NCBI RefSeq assembly: GCF_006345805.1
Contig: NC_042997.1
Location: 434,001-498,000 of the forward strand
Reading direction: 5' to 3'
Length of the DNA stretch: 64,000 nt
Source of the DNA: Octopus sinensis
Lineage: Eukaryota
The translations under genes were made by a program, and so were the position numbers. Positions 24,299 through 36,939 of this stretch are shown piece by piece. Position 1 is the first letter of the stretch. Each line of letters opens with the position of its first letter. Under the pieces are notes generated by a model. It saw only the letters and a program-made list of their open reading frames with translations. It was not told the DNA's origin and made no database searches.

Positions 24299-26875
24299 GA
24301 CAAACGAACTTACAAACACAGATACATATATATTCTACATATGTATAATTTCCGGAGAAGATCCGTCAGCTTCGAAAGAAAACTTCAAAGTGTCTCTCTT
24401 TTCTTTTCAAGGAACCCAAGATTTACAAAAAAAAAAGAGAAAAGAAAAAATTCTGCATTTGTGTAGAGTGAAGATTAAGAGAAATACTTCCAAACGATAA
24501 AAACTAAGCTAAAATGGTGGTGGGACATTGAAGCCCACGTTAACTTGTTGGTAGGAGAAACCAACATGGCCAATAATCATACGAGATGAAGAGTGTAGAA
24601 TTAAGCAAGAGTAAATCGCAGTAGTTGTTAAGAAGTATAGGTAAGCAGTGAAAAAAAAAAATAAACACACCACGACTCCCAAATATATATGATAAGATAT
24701 ATGAGAAATATATTATCTCATATAAGATATTTTCCATTCAATAGCACATTTCATACAGTACACTATGTGAAAAATGCACGCAGCATATACAGCTAATAAT
24801 TATCCCCAGATAAAATATAACCCATGTTCTACATAATCATCCATAAAATAATATAAAGACATACACAGCAAGCCCCTAATACAATATCACATCCAAGAAC
24901 TCAAATGCATATGTGCCACCTAAATATACGGCACAATCCACCCCACTCAGGTAGTGTATACTCTACCCAATCCCCACTCGATACGTAAAAACATCTGATC
25001 TCACAAGAAGTATGGAAACATGCTGAACAAAATAACATTATTTTCATCGAACATATTCTATAAAATAAACAAAGCATGAAAGTATGAACGCCAACACTAC
25101 TTTGAATCCTAAACTATCATGTTGCATACGCTACAGTAATATACGCCTTGTGTTGCAAATAACAAAAGGTATATAATTATTGAAAACATGATGATAGTCA
25201 TATGATAATAATGATATTGATAAGCCTATTTGAGTCTGCAAGAGATGTGTATCTCTGAAATATTGCCATGTAATTAGGTTTGTGTTTCGCTATATCCTAT
25301 ACGTACATAACAACAAGTATTTCAACCTTTCATTGGAAATTCGCCTATTTCTATTAGTTTTGTAGTATTTGCAGAGGATAAATGTCTAAGTTTTTCTACT
25401 AGATATTGGTTTATAAATTTGGTTGTATTTCACAGAACCGTGTCTATTTATCGTATTAACAGCAAAAACGAATGTTTCACGTGTCTTTTTATGTGAGGTG
25501 ATTCATGCAGTTGGTCAATTCTTCTTTCATTTTTGGCAGATCCATGTAATAAGCACAATCATGTGATAGCTTTTCTGTTTTCTGGCATTTTGTAAGAAGA
25601 ACAATACGTATTTTTGTTTATGTTACTTCGTTGTTGCCAGATATTTTAAGAGATAAATTTATTTCCCTTGGAGTAGAAGAAATTGGACGAAAATGAAAAT
25701 ATAGAAACATAAAACATGAAAACATCCGTATGGATTCAAGTGAAACTGCAACAACTGTTGAATTATTTCCAACTAAATGCATCATTTTCATGTATTTTCC
25801 ATCCTTAGAGGTATCACATCCGATTCTGAATTTGCAACAGCATTGGTCATTGTTCAAGAAAGTAAATACTGAATAGTTTCTTTGAAATCCCGCAGCATCA
25901 GCTCGACTTGGATTCATTTATATCCTACATTTCAACTCAAATAATTTAGAATATATCAACTGAACTGTTTGACAACAATTATATTTTTAGTTTACATGAA
26001 TATCTATGTTCATGAAACGCTGATTGTCTTCACATTTGGTAAGTGTGGAACTATTTTGGTATTATCAGTCTCCTCTGCAGGAAATGGTATGTCGTTGCCT
26101 CAATAAATGAGGGTGGGGTGGAGACGGCACGAGCCAAAATAAAGGCAATGTTTGGTGCCACATTAAATTTCCTTCAGATCATTCATAGAACTGAAGTGTT
26201 TAAGGCAGTTGGATTTGGGCACTCTGTGGGAGCACATCTCCCTTTACTGATTTGTCCTTTTTTAGTTAGTACATAATTATTTTCTTCTTAAATTTTATAA
26301 AACTGAAATAATGTCCTCTTGTCTCAGTGGTTTGTTCATTTAAAAATGAGACGATCGTTGTCCTGGCAGTAGAGAATAAATGTCTTCAACAAAGCCATCG
26401 AAATTATGCATAAATAATCTTTCTCAACTTGCAACCTGCTTCCATCTACATGCCATAACCGGTTTATTAGAATATGCGTAAACCTCCTATCTTATTTGTA
26501 GCTTCCGAAACTTATTGCAACTCTCTGAGATTATAATCTGTGTATCTAGGTTTCAATGAGCGAGAAAGCTGTGAGGGAAGTGTATGAAGCTCCACGGAAT
26601 ATAATTGCATGTAGTTTTCATTAGTCGGCCTGTTTACGACAATGCTAACTTTCTGTGGGTTATAATATCAGAAATATTGATTGTATAATTGCCAGTTAGT
26701 GTAGCTGCTGTGATACTCAAAGTCATATCTCAAAGGGCTATTTAAAACAGTATGAGCCATAGAAGTTGATTGAAGCACTCTACTCTGAATTGTTCTTTTT
26801 GAAGATTGCCGCTGGCTGCATCAACTTCATTTCTGTCCTATAAATATTATAACACTATTCGCCGTGTTCCTAAAT

Positions 26876-26975
26876 CACACACACGCACATACACAAACAC
26901 ACACGCACACACACAAACACACACGCACACACACAAACACGCACGCACACACACAAACACACACAAACACACACG
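26876..26975. repeat. CA-rich degenerate microsatellite
   Basis: Seen directly. Confidence 0.9.
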
Positions 26976-27149
26976 AACAATGCGGAACTGTGAAAGTTCG
27001 GTTTAACAGTTATCTGTCTGTGGAGGGCTCAAAGCTGCAACAATGATCTTGCCTGATATAATATTACAAGTAATAACTCACTCCCCAAGGTTATAAAAAT
27101 GCAAACCAATCACGAAATACAAGTAGTTAAACACATTGCAATATAACAG

Positions 27150-27720
27150 TATCGACGTAAACAGTTTTACTGAAAACAAAAATACCTTCCATTTTCCTGG
27201 AAGGGAAACAAATTTATCATCGCACAGGACATTGAATTTCAACTATACAAGACACATAACTTCAAGTCTAAATTAACTAAGTCCATTAAAATCCTTAATC
27301 AGATCACTTTACAACAAACCAGACTTTGAGGCAGATTTCCTAAAACTCATACATTCACGTGTCTTTTACACAATTATCACAGACTTCACTCAAGCAATAC
27401 GCACCATAAAAGATATCAAAATATTCAGAATAGAAACAGCTGTTGTTTGAATCTTTTATAAAACAATCCTATATATTTTACAACCACTTTACTTTACCGA
27501 TCGTCTTAATAGCGCACACCAACAATTTCGGTATAAAATTATATCGGCTTAACATAATCAAACTAGTTTTAAATGCTTAGACTGCTACATCAATGAATCT
27601 ACGTATATAACAACTTCACACAACAACTCTTTCCAGACATCAGTATCTGCTTAATTTTTGGTGACATATCCGTGTCTCGAACACATTACTAGGGTTCTCT
27701 TCCGATCATCTACCCATCAA
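27150..27720 (+). mobile_element. Possible Penelope-like GIY-YIG remnant
   Basis: YLPFSWKG (~27183) and YIGLT* (27540-27557); very decayed. Confidence 0.3.
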
Positions 27721-28989
27721 CATCTGAACATTTACAAAGATAAGCACCCGCCCTTGCTATAACAAAATGATAATGTTCTAATAATCAGCAGGTTGCATCG
27801 TTATAAGTGTTCATTTCACCATGAATGTCGGTATAACGTATTGTGAGCGAATCCAACTATTTGTACAATGCAATAGATGTTCACGCGATAGAAACATTCA
27901 CAAGACAAAACAAAAAAGCGTTAGAATCAACAGTAACCTAGCATTAATATATTATATCTGCAAAATATTATTTGAAAGAAACCATATTCACAACCAAACC
28001 TTCCATTATATAATACTAATCGAGGCTAGATGAAATAAGTTCGTTCAGGTATTGCTGACCTGGGGCTAAATAACAACCAGATAGAAAAAAAAAATTGTTG
28101 AGAATGTAAATGTGTTACATGGAATTCCCATTCGTCATGGAAATTATATAAATAGCAAAGTATAAGGCAAAACCTAACACAGAGATAACAGCCTAGCAAC
28201 AATCTAGCACTAGACGGAAAGTAAACTGGCGTTAACGGTAAAAAGTTCCAGCATCATTCTCATTAAACGGCAATAAAAATCGCCACTCAGAAACGTTTCT
28301 TCCAAAAGACGACACTTGGAAGTTGTAGAAACGCCGATACACTTAAGAAGTGTATTTGCCCCAAAGAAATATAAAAGGTCTAATAAGAAAATATGAAGTA
28401 TTTTTATTAACAAAGATTTATCATTAAAATAATCGGAAGAATAAACACACACACACACACACACACACACCTACGCGCACCCGTTCGCACACAGATATGC
28501 ACACACTCTCACTCGCACACATCCACTCGCTCACACACAGTATGTATGTGTTTCCATGTGTGAATGTGTGTACCTATGTTTTTATATATATATATATGTA
28601 TATGTATAAATATTCATACACACACACACACATATATATGTACATACATTCATACAGACATACATGCATATGTACACACACACATATAATATAATAAATA
28701 TGCGTGTCTCTGTGTCCATATGTGGGTGTATAAGTTCGCGCACGTGTTATATGATATATATTCATACAAATACGTACATAAAAGATGCAATTTATCTCTT
28801 TATTTTATCAAGGAACAAGCTTTACTGCTATACTAAAAGTTTTCACACATTTGTCACTTATTTAATACTATTTACATTCAAGCAGAAATACTAATCGACT
28901 TACAGGATTGGGTGAAGAGATATTTCTACGAGATAATAGCATCATCATTCATTCACTTTGATTTAAGCCAAAATTAAATTTCCGATTTG

Positions 28990-30110
28990 CTCTTTGCCAG
29001 AAAAACCGTTTACCATTCGAGCAACAGATCCAAAATGCAATAATATTGGTCGCTTCAATTGTCAGTTCGCCTATAGATCAGTTAATAAGAAACATTGCCT
29101 GAAGTAACATTTTCTGTACAATGCTTGAGAGATGCTACATTCAACTTGTCATTCGACTTGAAATATGGGTGAATAATTTACCCTAGAACATCACACATTT
29201 TCTATTTAGTTGTTTTGATATATATATAAATATATATTATTAGCTTATTTTACCATCCTACAATATCGACCAACTATATGTTTGCTTCAGAAAATTTTCA
29301 AAATTCTCTCTTGTTTCCATAAACTTTGATTTAACAACACATGACAGGTAAATATAATAATGTGTATATGTGTATCTTTATGTGTATGCGTGTTGACAAT
29401 ATATTTTCTATTGATCTCAAACCAGCAAAGCTGCATCTTCTGTTTCGCCTCTGTATTACGACAAAATACTCAACAATGTTCCAATAAACTACAGAGTGAC
29501 GCGTTAAGTTCTTTGAAAGATGTCGCGTTGCATTAGATAATAAATAGATTTCAAAAACATATTGATGAAATTCAGAAGATTTGGCTTCGTATATCAGATT
29601 CTATTATAACTGCAGTCATAAGAATAAGACACTTAGTGAGAATAGTAAGACACCAAGAGAAAAACAATACTTTTAAAATGCATTTTACATGTAATATTTT
29701 TACAATTACCTTCTAGTAATTCTCATAATCCGGGCAATTTAACAGCTGTTCACTATATTCGAGAGAGCAGGAAATTTGCCTAGCCAGCTAAAATAAAGTG
29801 TTTCCGTCAGTCAATAATAAAAACTTATCTACAATTTATTCTATTTTCCTAACACTGAGTGCTCTGGCTGCCTGAATTAATAACATATTCGTCAGTCGGC
29901 AATATGAAGCAGTAATTTTCTGTATTCCGTTACAGCGAAGGTGTCTAAAGCCAATACATTGACCTCATTGTTATCTAGTCCACCTATACTGCAGAATGGA
30001 TTTTTGCATGAAGAATTACTGACTAATCCAGGTCAATTTGAACTAAATGTACAGCATGCTTGCATCTCAAAAGCCATATTGGTAAACATCTTGATTATTT
30101 GACGTATTGA
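28990..30110 (+). pseudogene. Decayed cadherin repeats (block D)
   Basis: PEKPFTIRATDPKCNNIG (28997); IFSIDLKPAKLHL (29401); NPGNLTAVHYIRES (~29727); LYSVTAKVSKA...GFLHEE...QFELNVQHACISKAILVNI (29920-30090). Confidence 0.55.
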
Positions 30111-30146
30111 CGTAGTCGTTTTTTTATCTACCAGTATTTTTGGGAT

Positions 30147-30532
30147 GTGGAGGCGCAATGGCTCAGTGGTTAGGGCAGCGGACTCGCGGTCATAGGATCG
30201 CGGTTTCGATTCCCAGACCGGGCGTTGTGAGTGTTTATTGGGCGAAAACACCTAAAAGCTCCACAAGGCTCCGGCAGGGGATGGTGGTGATCCCTGCTGT
30301 ACTCTTTCACCACAACTTTCTCTCACTCTTACTTCCTGTTTCTGTTGTACCTGTATTTCAAGGGGCCGGCCTTGTCACTCTCTGTGTCACGCTGAATATC
30401 CCAGAGAACTACGTTGAGGGTGCACGTGTCTCTGGAGTGCTCAGCCACTTACACGTTAATTTCACGAGCAGGCTGTTCCGTTGATTCGGATCAACCGGAA
30501 CCCTCATCGTCGTAACCGACGGAGTGCTTCCC
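30147..30532 (+). mobile_element. tRNA-derived SINE family 1, full length with 12-bp TSD
   Basis: Near-identical to 1806-2188; direct repeat ATTTTTGGGATG at 30136-30147 and 30533-30544. Confidence 0.93.
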
Positions 30533-30568
30533 ATTTTTGGGATGCGGAAAGTATAGAACACATATGTG

Positions 30569-30601
<33 letters not shown>

Positions 30602-30769
30602 TCTATATATGTAAGTATATATGTATATACGTACACATTAGCTGCACACTTTGGTAAATAGCTTCCAGCTTTTATTCATTTGATCACGTATCTATGAAAA
30701 CATCAATTCAATGAGATATGGTGTCTTTTCTATTTCTTGCACAGTTTTCAGGGGCACAGCCTAGTCATT

Positions 30770-30925
30770 TACATTGCCTCGTGTACTTGACTAGTATCTC
30801 GTTCTATAGACCCGAAAGGATAAAATGCACAATCTACCATAGCGGAATTGCAACTTAGAACGTAAAGAGACGGAAGAAATGATCTTAACGGTTTTGTCCA
30901 ATGCGCTAATGATCTACAAAATCGC
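30770..30925 (-). mobile_element. SINE family 2, diverged copy
   Basis: gacccgaaaggataaaatgcacaatc...cttagaacgtaaagagac matches the family 2 reverse complement. Confidence 0.6.
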
Positions 30926-30956
30926 TGCTTTAATAATAATAATAATAATAATAGTA

Positions 30957-31007
<51 letters not shown>

Positions 31008-31009
31008 TT

Positions 31010-31195
31010 TTCCGCAAGGGCAGCAATTTTGTAGGGAGGTGATGAGTCAATTACATCGACCCCAGTTTTCAACTTGTACTTATTTTATCGACCTCAAAAG
31101 GATGAAAGGCAAAGTCAATCTCGGCGGAATTTAAACTCAAAACATAGCGACGAGCGAAATACCGCTAAGCATTTTCTCCAGCGTGCTAGCTCACT
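31010..31195 (-). mobile_element. SINE family 2 copy
   Basis: aaggatgaaaggcaaagtcaatctcggcggaattt...gaaataccgctaagcatt; sits between two (TAA)n runs. Confidence 0.85.
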
Positions 31196-31204
31196 GTCTT
31201 GATG

Positions 31205-31267
<63 letters not shown>

Positions 31268-31269
31268 TC

Positions 31270-33850
31270 TCAAAGGATACGTAAATTTGAGAAGAGAAAC
31301 AAATTTTACAAACAAAATAAGTTGTTTGCATCCAATGGGAAAACAGTCTACTGAGAAATAGGGAAGGAGAAAATAGCCGTTGAAGACTACCCCCTGCCAT
31401 GGATGAAGTTGAAAACATCTGGAAAAATATGTGGTGCGATGAAAAGAATTACAATAAAAATGCCGACTGGATTAGCCATGCAGAAGGATCCTACCAAAAC
31501 TTACCGGAACAAACATGAGAAGACATCAGAATAGCAGACCTAAGAGTGACACTCACAAATGCTCATAAGTGGAAATCTGAAATGATCGGATGCCAGATCT
31601 CTGGCTCATCTCGCTCCTGTGCGTAGACGAAAAGTTAGTCCAGTTAATCTGGGAAATTATGAAAGATTCTGCAAAAATGCCCGCGGAATAATGAAACCAA
31701 ATTTCCCCCAAAAACTATCGTCCCATAACATATCTATCTACCACGTATAAAATTTTAACATCCAACCTCGTGGAGAAAACATAAAAATTTATGGAACAGA
31801 ACAATATTTTCTCCACTGAACAGAAAGGATGCCGACGAGACTCATATGGATGCAAAGACCAACTCTTAATCAAGACCATGATCCTTGAGAACTGCCATAA
31901 CAAACTCAGAAATCTCACTTCTGCATGAATTGATTCTCAAAAGGCCTTCGACAGCATATCGCATTCACGGATCTTGGATACGCTGGATATCTTTAAAATT
32001 TCTCCTGTGATTTCAAGATTCCTGAAGCACATGTCAATGTGGAATACAAATCTCCAATTATACCACTGTAATGGATTGCTGACCACAAAAATATTAATAT
32101 CAACTGCAGAATTTTCCAATGTTGCTCACTTTCACTCTTAATTTTCTGCATAGCTCTAATACCCCTTACAAGTTAACTTAACAGAACATGGTATGGCTAT
32201 AAAATTGCCGTGAAGAAAATAAGTCATATATTTTATATGGCTGACTTAAAAACTCTAGGGCAAAGAAGATAATGAGCTTGAAGGACTACTAAGTACTGTG
32301 AAAGCATTCAGTGATGCCATTGGGATGATATTTGTCTTAAATGTTCCAAAGCCACTTTCCAGAAAGGAAACCTGAAGACCTCTCATTCAGTGGTGTTGGA
32401 TGTTGACACGGTCATAAAAGATCTCCAGCTAGAACAAACTTACAAATACCTCGGAATAAATGAGAGCTCTGGCATTCAACATGCAAGTATGAAAAGGAAG
32501 ATCAAGAAGGAGTGTTACAGGAGAGTTCGAGCAGTCTTAAAATCCCAGTTAAACGCACGTAACAAAGTGTTAGCTATAACATCATTTGCAGTTCCTGTTG
32601 TTATTTACAATTTCAATGTGTTGAACTGGAATATGAGATACATAAGGAAGATTGACAGGAAAACCCGTAAGCTGCTGACTTGCAAGAAGATGTACCACTC
32701 TCCTATTAAATCACCACAAGGAACTGGCAAAATACCTTGAAACATCTAACGACTAGACGCTACATCAAGTCAAGGATGTAAATAATTGGTTAGTATAATT
32801 ATTTAGATACTCAGCAGCCTATGTAGACTGGACGAAGATTGATCTAGTAAAGCTAGACAGAAGAACTAAGAGGGAATTCAATATGAATGAAAGACTCCAC
32901 TCAAAGACAGGAGTAGCAAGATTATACCTACCTAGAAAGGAAGCTGGGTAGAGGAAGTAGACATAAAACCCAGTTTAGTACAGCTCCAGAAAATAGTGTT
33001 CTTAGAGACAACTAGGATACTTAGTAATAAAGCAGAAAAAAGAACAGAGATTATTTGACTGGCAGGAGAATGCGTTGCATGGTAGATTCCCAACGATAGT
33101 TGCAGCAAATGGTAGTAGTGAGGCATGGTTATAGTAGTTGAAACGAAAGCTGAAAGGGAGACATATTTTGTTAATAGCAGCACAAGATCAAGCATAATGG
33201 AATAATTTGATAAAAGCAAAGATAGGCAAAAACCAAGTAGATTCCCAATGTAGATTATGCAAATCAAGAAAGAAAAGCGTTACTCATATAGTAAGAGAAT
33301 GTAGAATGCTGGCACAGAAATAATTCAAGAAAGACATGACAATCTATAGAGAGTAATCCAATGGGGGATATATGAAAAGCTAGGATTTGACCATACTGAT
33401 AAATGGTACGAACTTGAACCTAGTAAAAGATTAGGAATTAAGAAATACAAGATGTGTGACTTTAACATTCAGACTGACAGAGTAATAGAAGCTAGAATAC
33501 TGGTTTGGTAGTAGTAGAATAGGGAATGTCATATAATTGACTTTACAGTCCAAATGAAAACATTAGCATGAGAAGCATAAAAAAATTGCAAAGTACCAGG
33601 ACCTAGCTATTGAATTATATACTTTGGAAATGTATCCTAGTAGCTATAGGTGCATTGGGAACTATCCCTATAGACCTGAACAGACGAATAGAGGAAATAG
33701 GCATGGAACCCAGTTTAGTACTGCTCGAGAAAGCAGTATTCTTAGAGACAGGTAAGATACTTAGGCTGGTTCTTGGCATCTAAGTTTACTTGCTGTAGCC
33801 CAATGTTTGATTTTTTTCTTTTCCAACATTCTGATCTGTTGCGTGTATAT
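31270..33850 (+). mobile_element. R4/Dong-like RLE non-LTR retrotransposon, 5'-truncated and decayed
   Basis: QRIRKFEKRNKFYKQNKLF, SYGCKDQLLI, DSQKAFDSISH, FYMADLKL, YKYLGINE, RHD, CDFNIQTDRVIEAR, KYQDLAIE, ILRLVLGI*; (TAA)n on both sides (31205-31265 and ~33850-33938). Confidence 0.85.
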
Positions 33851-33863
33851 GATGATTATGATG

Positions 33864-33937
<74 letters not shown>

Positions 33938-33957
33938 TACAGCAAATAATAATAATA

Positions 33958-34409
33958 CAGCAAATATTCTGCTCAATACCACAGATTTGCTTGTCAGTTG
34001 TTTGACCATAACCGGTTGAGCATGTCCCTTTGTGGCTGACGATATGTGCATCTCTGATCATGAGCAGAAGTAGTGGGGGAGCATCATAGCCATGTGTTGA
34101 GAGGGATTGTTTGGGGTTTGAATAATTCACCTCTGGAAACATGGGTGTTTCATTCAACATCCTTAAACAACCCTTATTCAGGGACCTTTTGAGTGGGATG
34201 GGCTACTCGACCAGAAGAAAATTCTAACTGGGCCCCACCTACAAGGTCATGTGCTGTTTATCTTGATATGAGATCACCATGTCACGCACATATGGTTGTG
34301 ATGCATGTGCCTGGTGTACCTTTATCAGACGGGTAGTCATGATGGGTATACTGGGCTTCGTATATTTTACCCCAGTGTCACTTTGACGGCATGCACTGCT
34401 CTCGCACTC
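33958..34409 (-). mobile_element. Unclassified ~450-bp interspersed repeat (SINE-like)
   Basis: GC-richer block sharply bounded by (TAA)n on both sides; I recall it as a common octopus repeat (unverified); no tRNA head seen. Confidence 0.55.
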
Positions 34410-34423
34410 AATAATAATAATAC

Positions 34424-34476
<53 letters not shown>

Positions 34477-34529
34477 TAATAATAATAATAATAATATAAT
34501 AATAATAATAATATAAAAGACATCATGAC

Positions 34530-35035
34530 AATATAGCAAGGTACGGACTTAAACCCGAAGGCATCATCGAGAATGATAATGCAGAGATCCTATGGGATTT
34601 TATGATTCAGTGCGACCATATGATAGTGAAGAGAAACCATACATAATCTTAATTGAGAAAGAAAACAAATTATACTGGACCATATATATAGCATGCCCAG
34701 CTGACAACGTATAAGATAAGGAAGAAAGAAAAGACAAGAGATTTGACAGGTTAGTTTGGGAGATTAAGCAGTTGTACTTGATGAAAAAGGTAATAGTAGT
34801 ACCAATAATTGTCGGAGTCCGGGGAACAGTGAGTAAAACTCTTGAGAAGTACATGGAACAAATAGGGGCTTCAGTAAGAGTGGAACACTTGCAGAAAACA
34901 GCACACCTTGTTACTGCACGAATACTCCGAATGGTGCTCAATAAATAAGGGGTGTTACCTTAGTTCACTCGTAGTGAACAGCTGACATCGTAGTACATCT
35001 CCAGCTTTAGAAGTGGTGCAAAGAGAATAAATAAT
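34530..35035 (+). mobile_element. R4/Dong-like RLE element, 3' fragment 2
   Basis: PEGIIENDNAEILWDFMIQCDH...IACPADN...VVPIIVGV..TVSK...LQKTAHLVTARILRMVLNK*; preceded by (TAA)n 34410-34515 and followed by aataataag. Confidence 0.8.
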
Positions 35036-35299
35036 AAGGATGATATGTTTATTGGCCTCAAAGGCCCTTATAAAACGTTTAGGACGTAAGAAATATGTGA
35101 ATTTACACACACACTCGTACATAAAACATAAAACGAGCAATCAACAAACAATTGACAGCAGCAACGTTTCGCCAGTGGAGTTGCCACTGAGATGTAACGA
35201 AGGAACCCAACCGATCCTGCAACACTTCAAAAGACAAGAGCATCATAACAATATAGTGTATTCATAACGAGATAGAATACTCATCTCACTTCGCTCTAT

Positions 35300-35598
35300 C
35301 TTACAGATTATAGAAGTTTCTTTTCTTTCGTCCATCCTTGGAACCTAAATACTACATCATCGTTTTTAAATTGGATGCAAAATGTCGATGAAGATTTGGA
35401 TGAAGTCAAAAGTGTCTGGCTTCAGTGACTTCTGCCTGGTCCACCGCACAACCATTTTCTCCATATCCACCAGGCAGAGGGCAACAGCCTGTCCTTCTTA
35501 GCCGAAGGCGGACGGAGATATTCAAGATGAGGATGATGATGATGATGATGATGTTGATGATGATGATGATGATGAAATTGAGGATGATGATGATGATA
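35300..35598 (+). mobile_element. Probable LINE/SINE 3' end with a (GAT)n tail
   Basis: GC-rich segment running directly into (GAT)n; family not identified. Confidence 0.4.
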
Positions 35599-35619
35599 AT
35601 ATTAATAATAATGGTTTCA

Positions 35620-36745
35620 CATTTTCTTAGGGTTTACATAAAATGAAATGACAAAAAATATATATATATAAGACATTTACACAGTGTACACTAAAATAAA
35701 ATGTAGAATACACAATATACAACAGTACAAAGAAAGAAAGTCGGACAAAAAAGATGACACATATGCTGCCTTTCTGATACAAAGAGGACCGTTAGGGATA
35801 GACGGGGAACCCCACCATCCAACATCTCACTTCACGCCAAGGGCAAGTGCTCTCTCCAATTCCTGTTCTCTGCTTCACAACTCTCTACGTAGAGTCATAT
35901 CATTCGTTCTTGCCATTTTAGCGATTCACTTACCTTTCAATAAATTGGCTCAAGGACAGCACTTCTCTTTCATCTTCAAGTATGACTTGAAAAAGTAAAT
36001 GAATGCTCTACCAATGAGAAATGTCTGTGTCCCCATGCATTTCAACTTCGTCCACCAGACAACGTCTTTCACCACTGCCACCAGGAAAGGAAAACTGCCT
36101 TACCTGCCCGAATAAAGGAAGGCGGCAGGGTAATCTTTACTACGAACTCGGTTGACAAGTCCGCCGACTTGTCGGCGTTAATTTTGGACCCTGCAACCGA
36201 CTCATATACCTTTAAAATCGTGCCTGCCGTCTCCATTTCGGAGGCATTAGACACCATGACTGTGTCTTCATCCGCGTACGCCGACACAGCCTTCTCGTGT
36301 CCCAGTTCAAAGGGGAAGCGCCTCAACTGTTCCAACTTCTGTAGCGGTGTCTCGAGAGCCACCACGTACAGAAGAGGCGATATGTGGCCATTTACTTTCA
36401 CCATTGAGCAGGGGTCGCTGTGTATTGCACTGATCCAGCCTCTGAAAACAGGTCCAAAACTGACAGCCTTCAGGACGGTTTTCGAGTAGTGATGGTCGAC
36501 TCTGTCGAAAGTTTTGGATTGATTCAAATTAATCAGATCCTCACCGAAGCCAGCTTTAGTTACAGCCCTCTCTTTGATGTACCGCATAAGTTTGGGGTTG
36601 TGTGGGATATACATGTACAGAATTGCAAACATTTGCGCTACCCGACCAGACTACCGACGACAAATGTCAATCTAGTAAGGGAGACCATCCAACTCAGGCG
36701 ACTTACAACTTGTGTTAGCTCTGATTCCCTGCCGTATTTCAGAAT
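35620..36745 (-). mobile_element. L1/Tx1-clade LINE fragment (RT with internal deletions, plus 3' end)
   Basis: LINLNQSKTFDRVDH, SPLLYVVALE, SAYADED, SKINADKS in ORF 36069-36632. Confidence 0.8.
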
Positions 36746-36939
36746 AATGGTGGCGGTGATGATGTTGATGGTGATGATGATGATGATGATGATGATGATA
36801 ATGATGATGATGATGACCAGTACCCTCGAATTCGACACATGAATGATTTTAGGAAATTATTTAAAAAAGTGGGGAGAATTAAAAATAATATAAACAGCAT
36901 CTATCTGCGATGGATGCGTAAATGTAATTTGAGTCCAGG

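Noticed and set aside
26043-26276. GHSVGAH resembling the lipase GxSxG nucleophile elbow
   Set aside because: Isolated, no other lipase motifs, ends in a stop, and the context fits a cadherin G-x-S-V strand.
33790-33950. Shared ttgctgtag between the R4 3' UTR and the end of the 450-bp repeat (possible SINE-LINE tail sharing)
   Set aside because: Only 9 bp; not distinguishable from chance.
35150-35235. Hammerhead-like GAAAC with an adjacent hairpin (minus strand)
   Set aside because: CUGANGA core not conserved.
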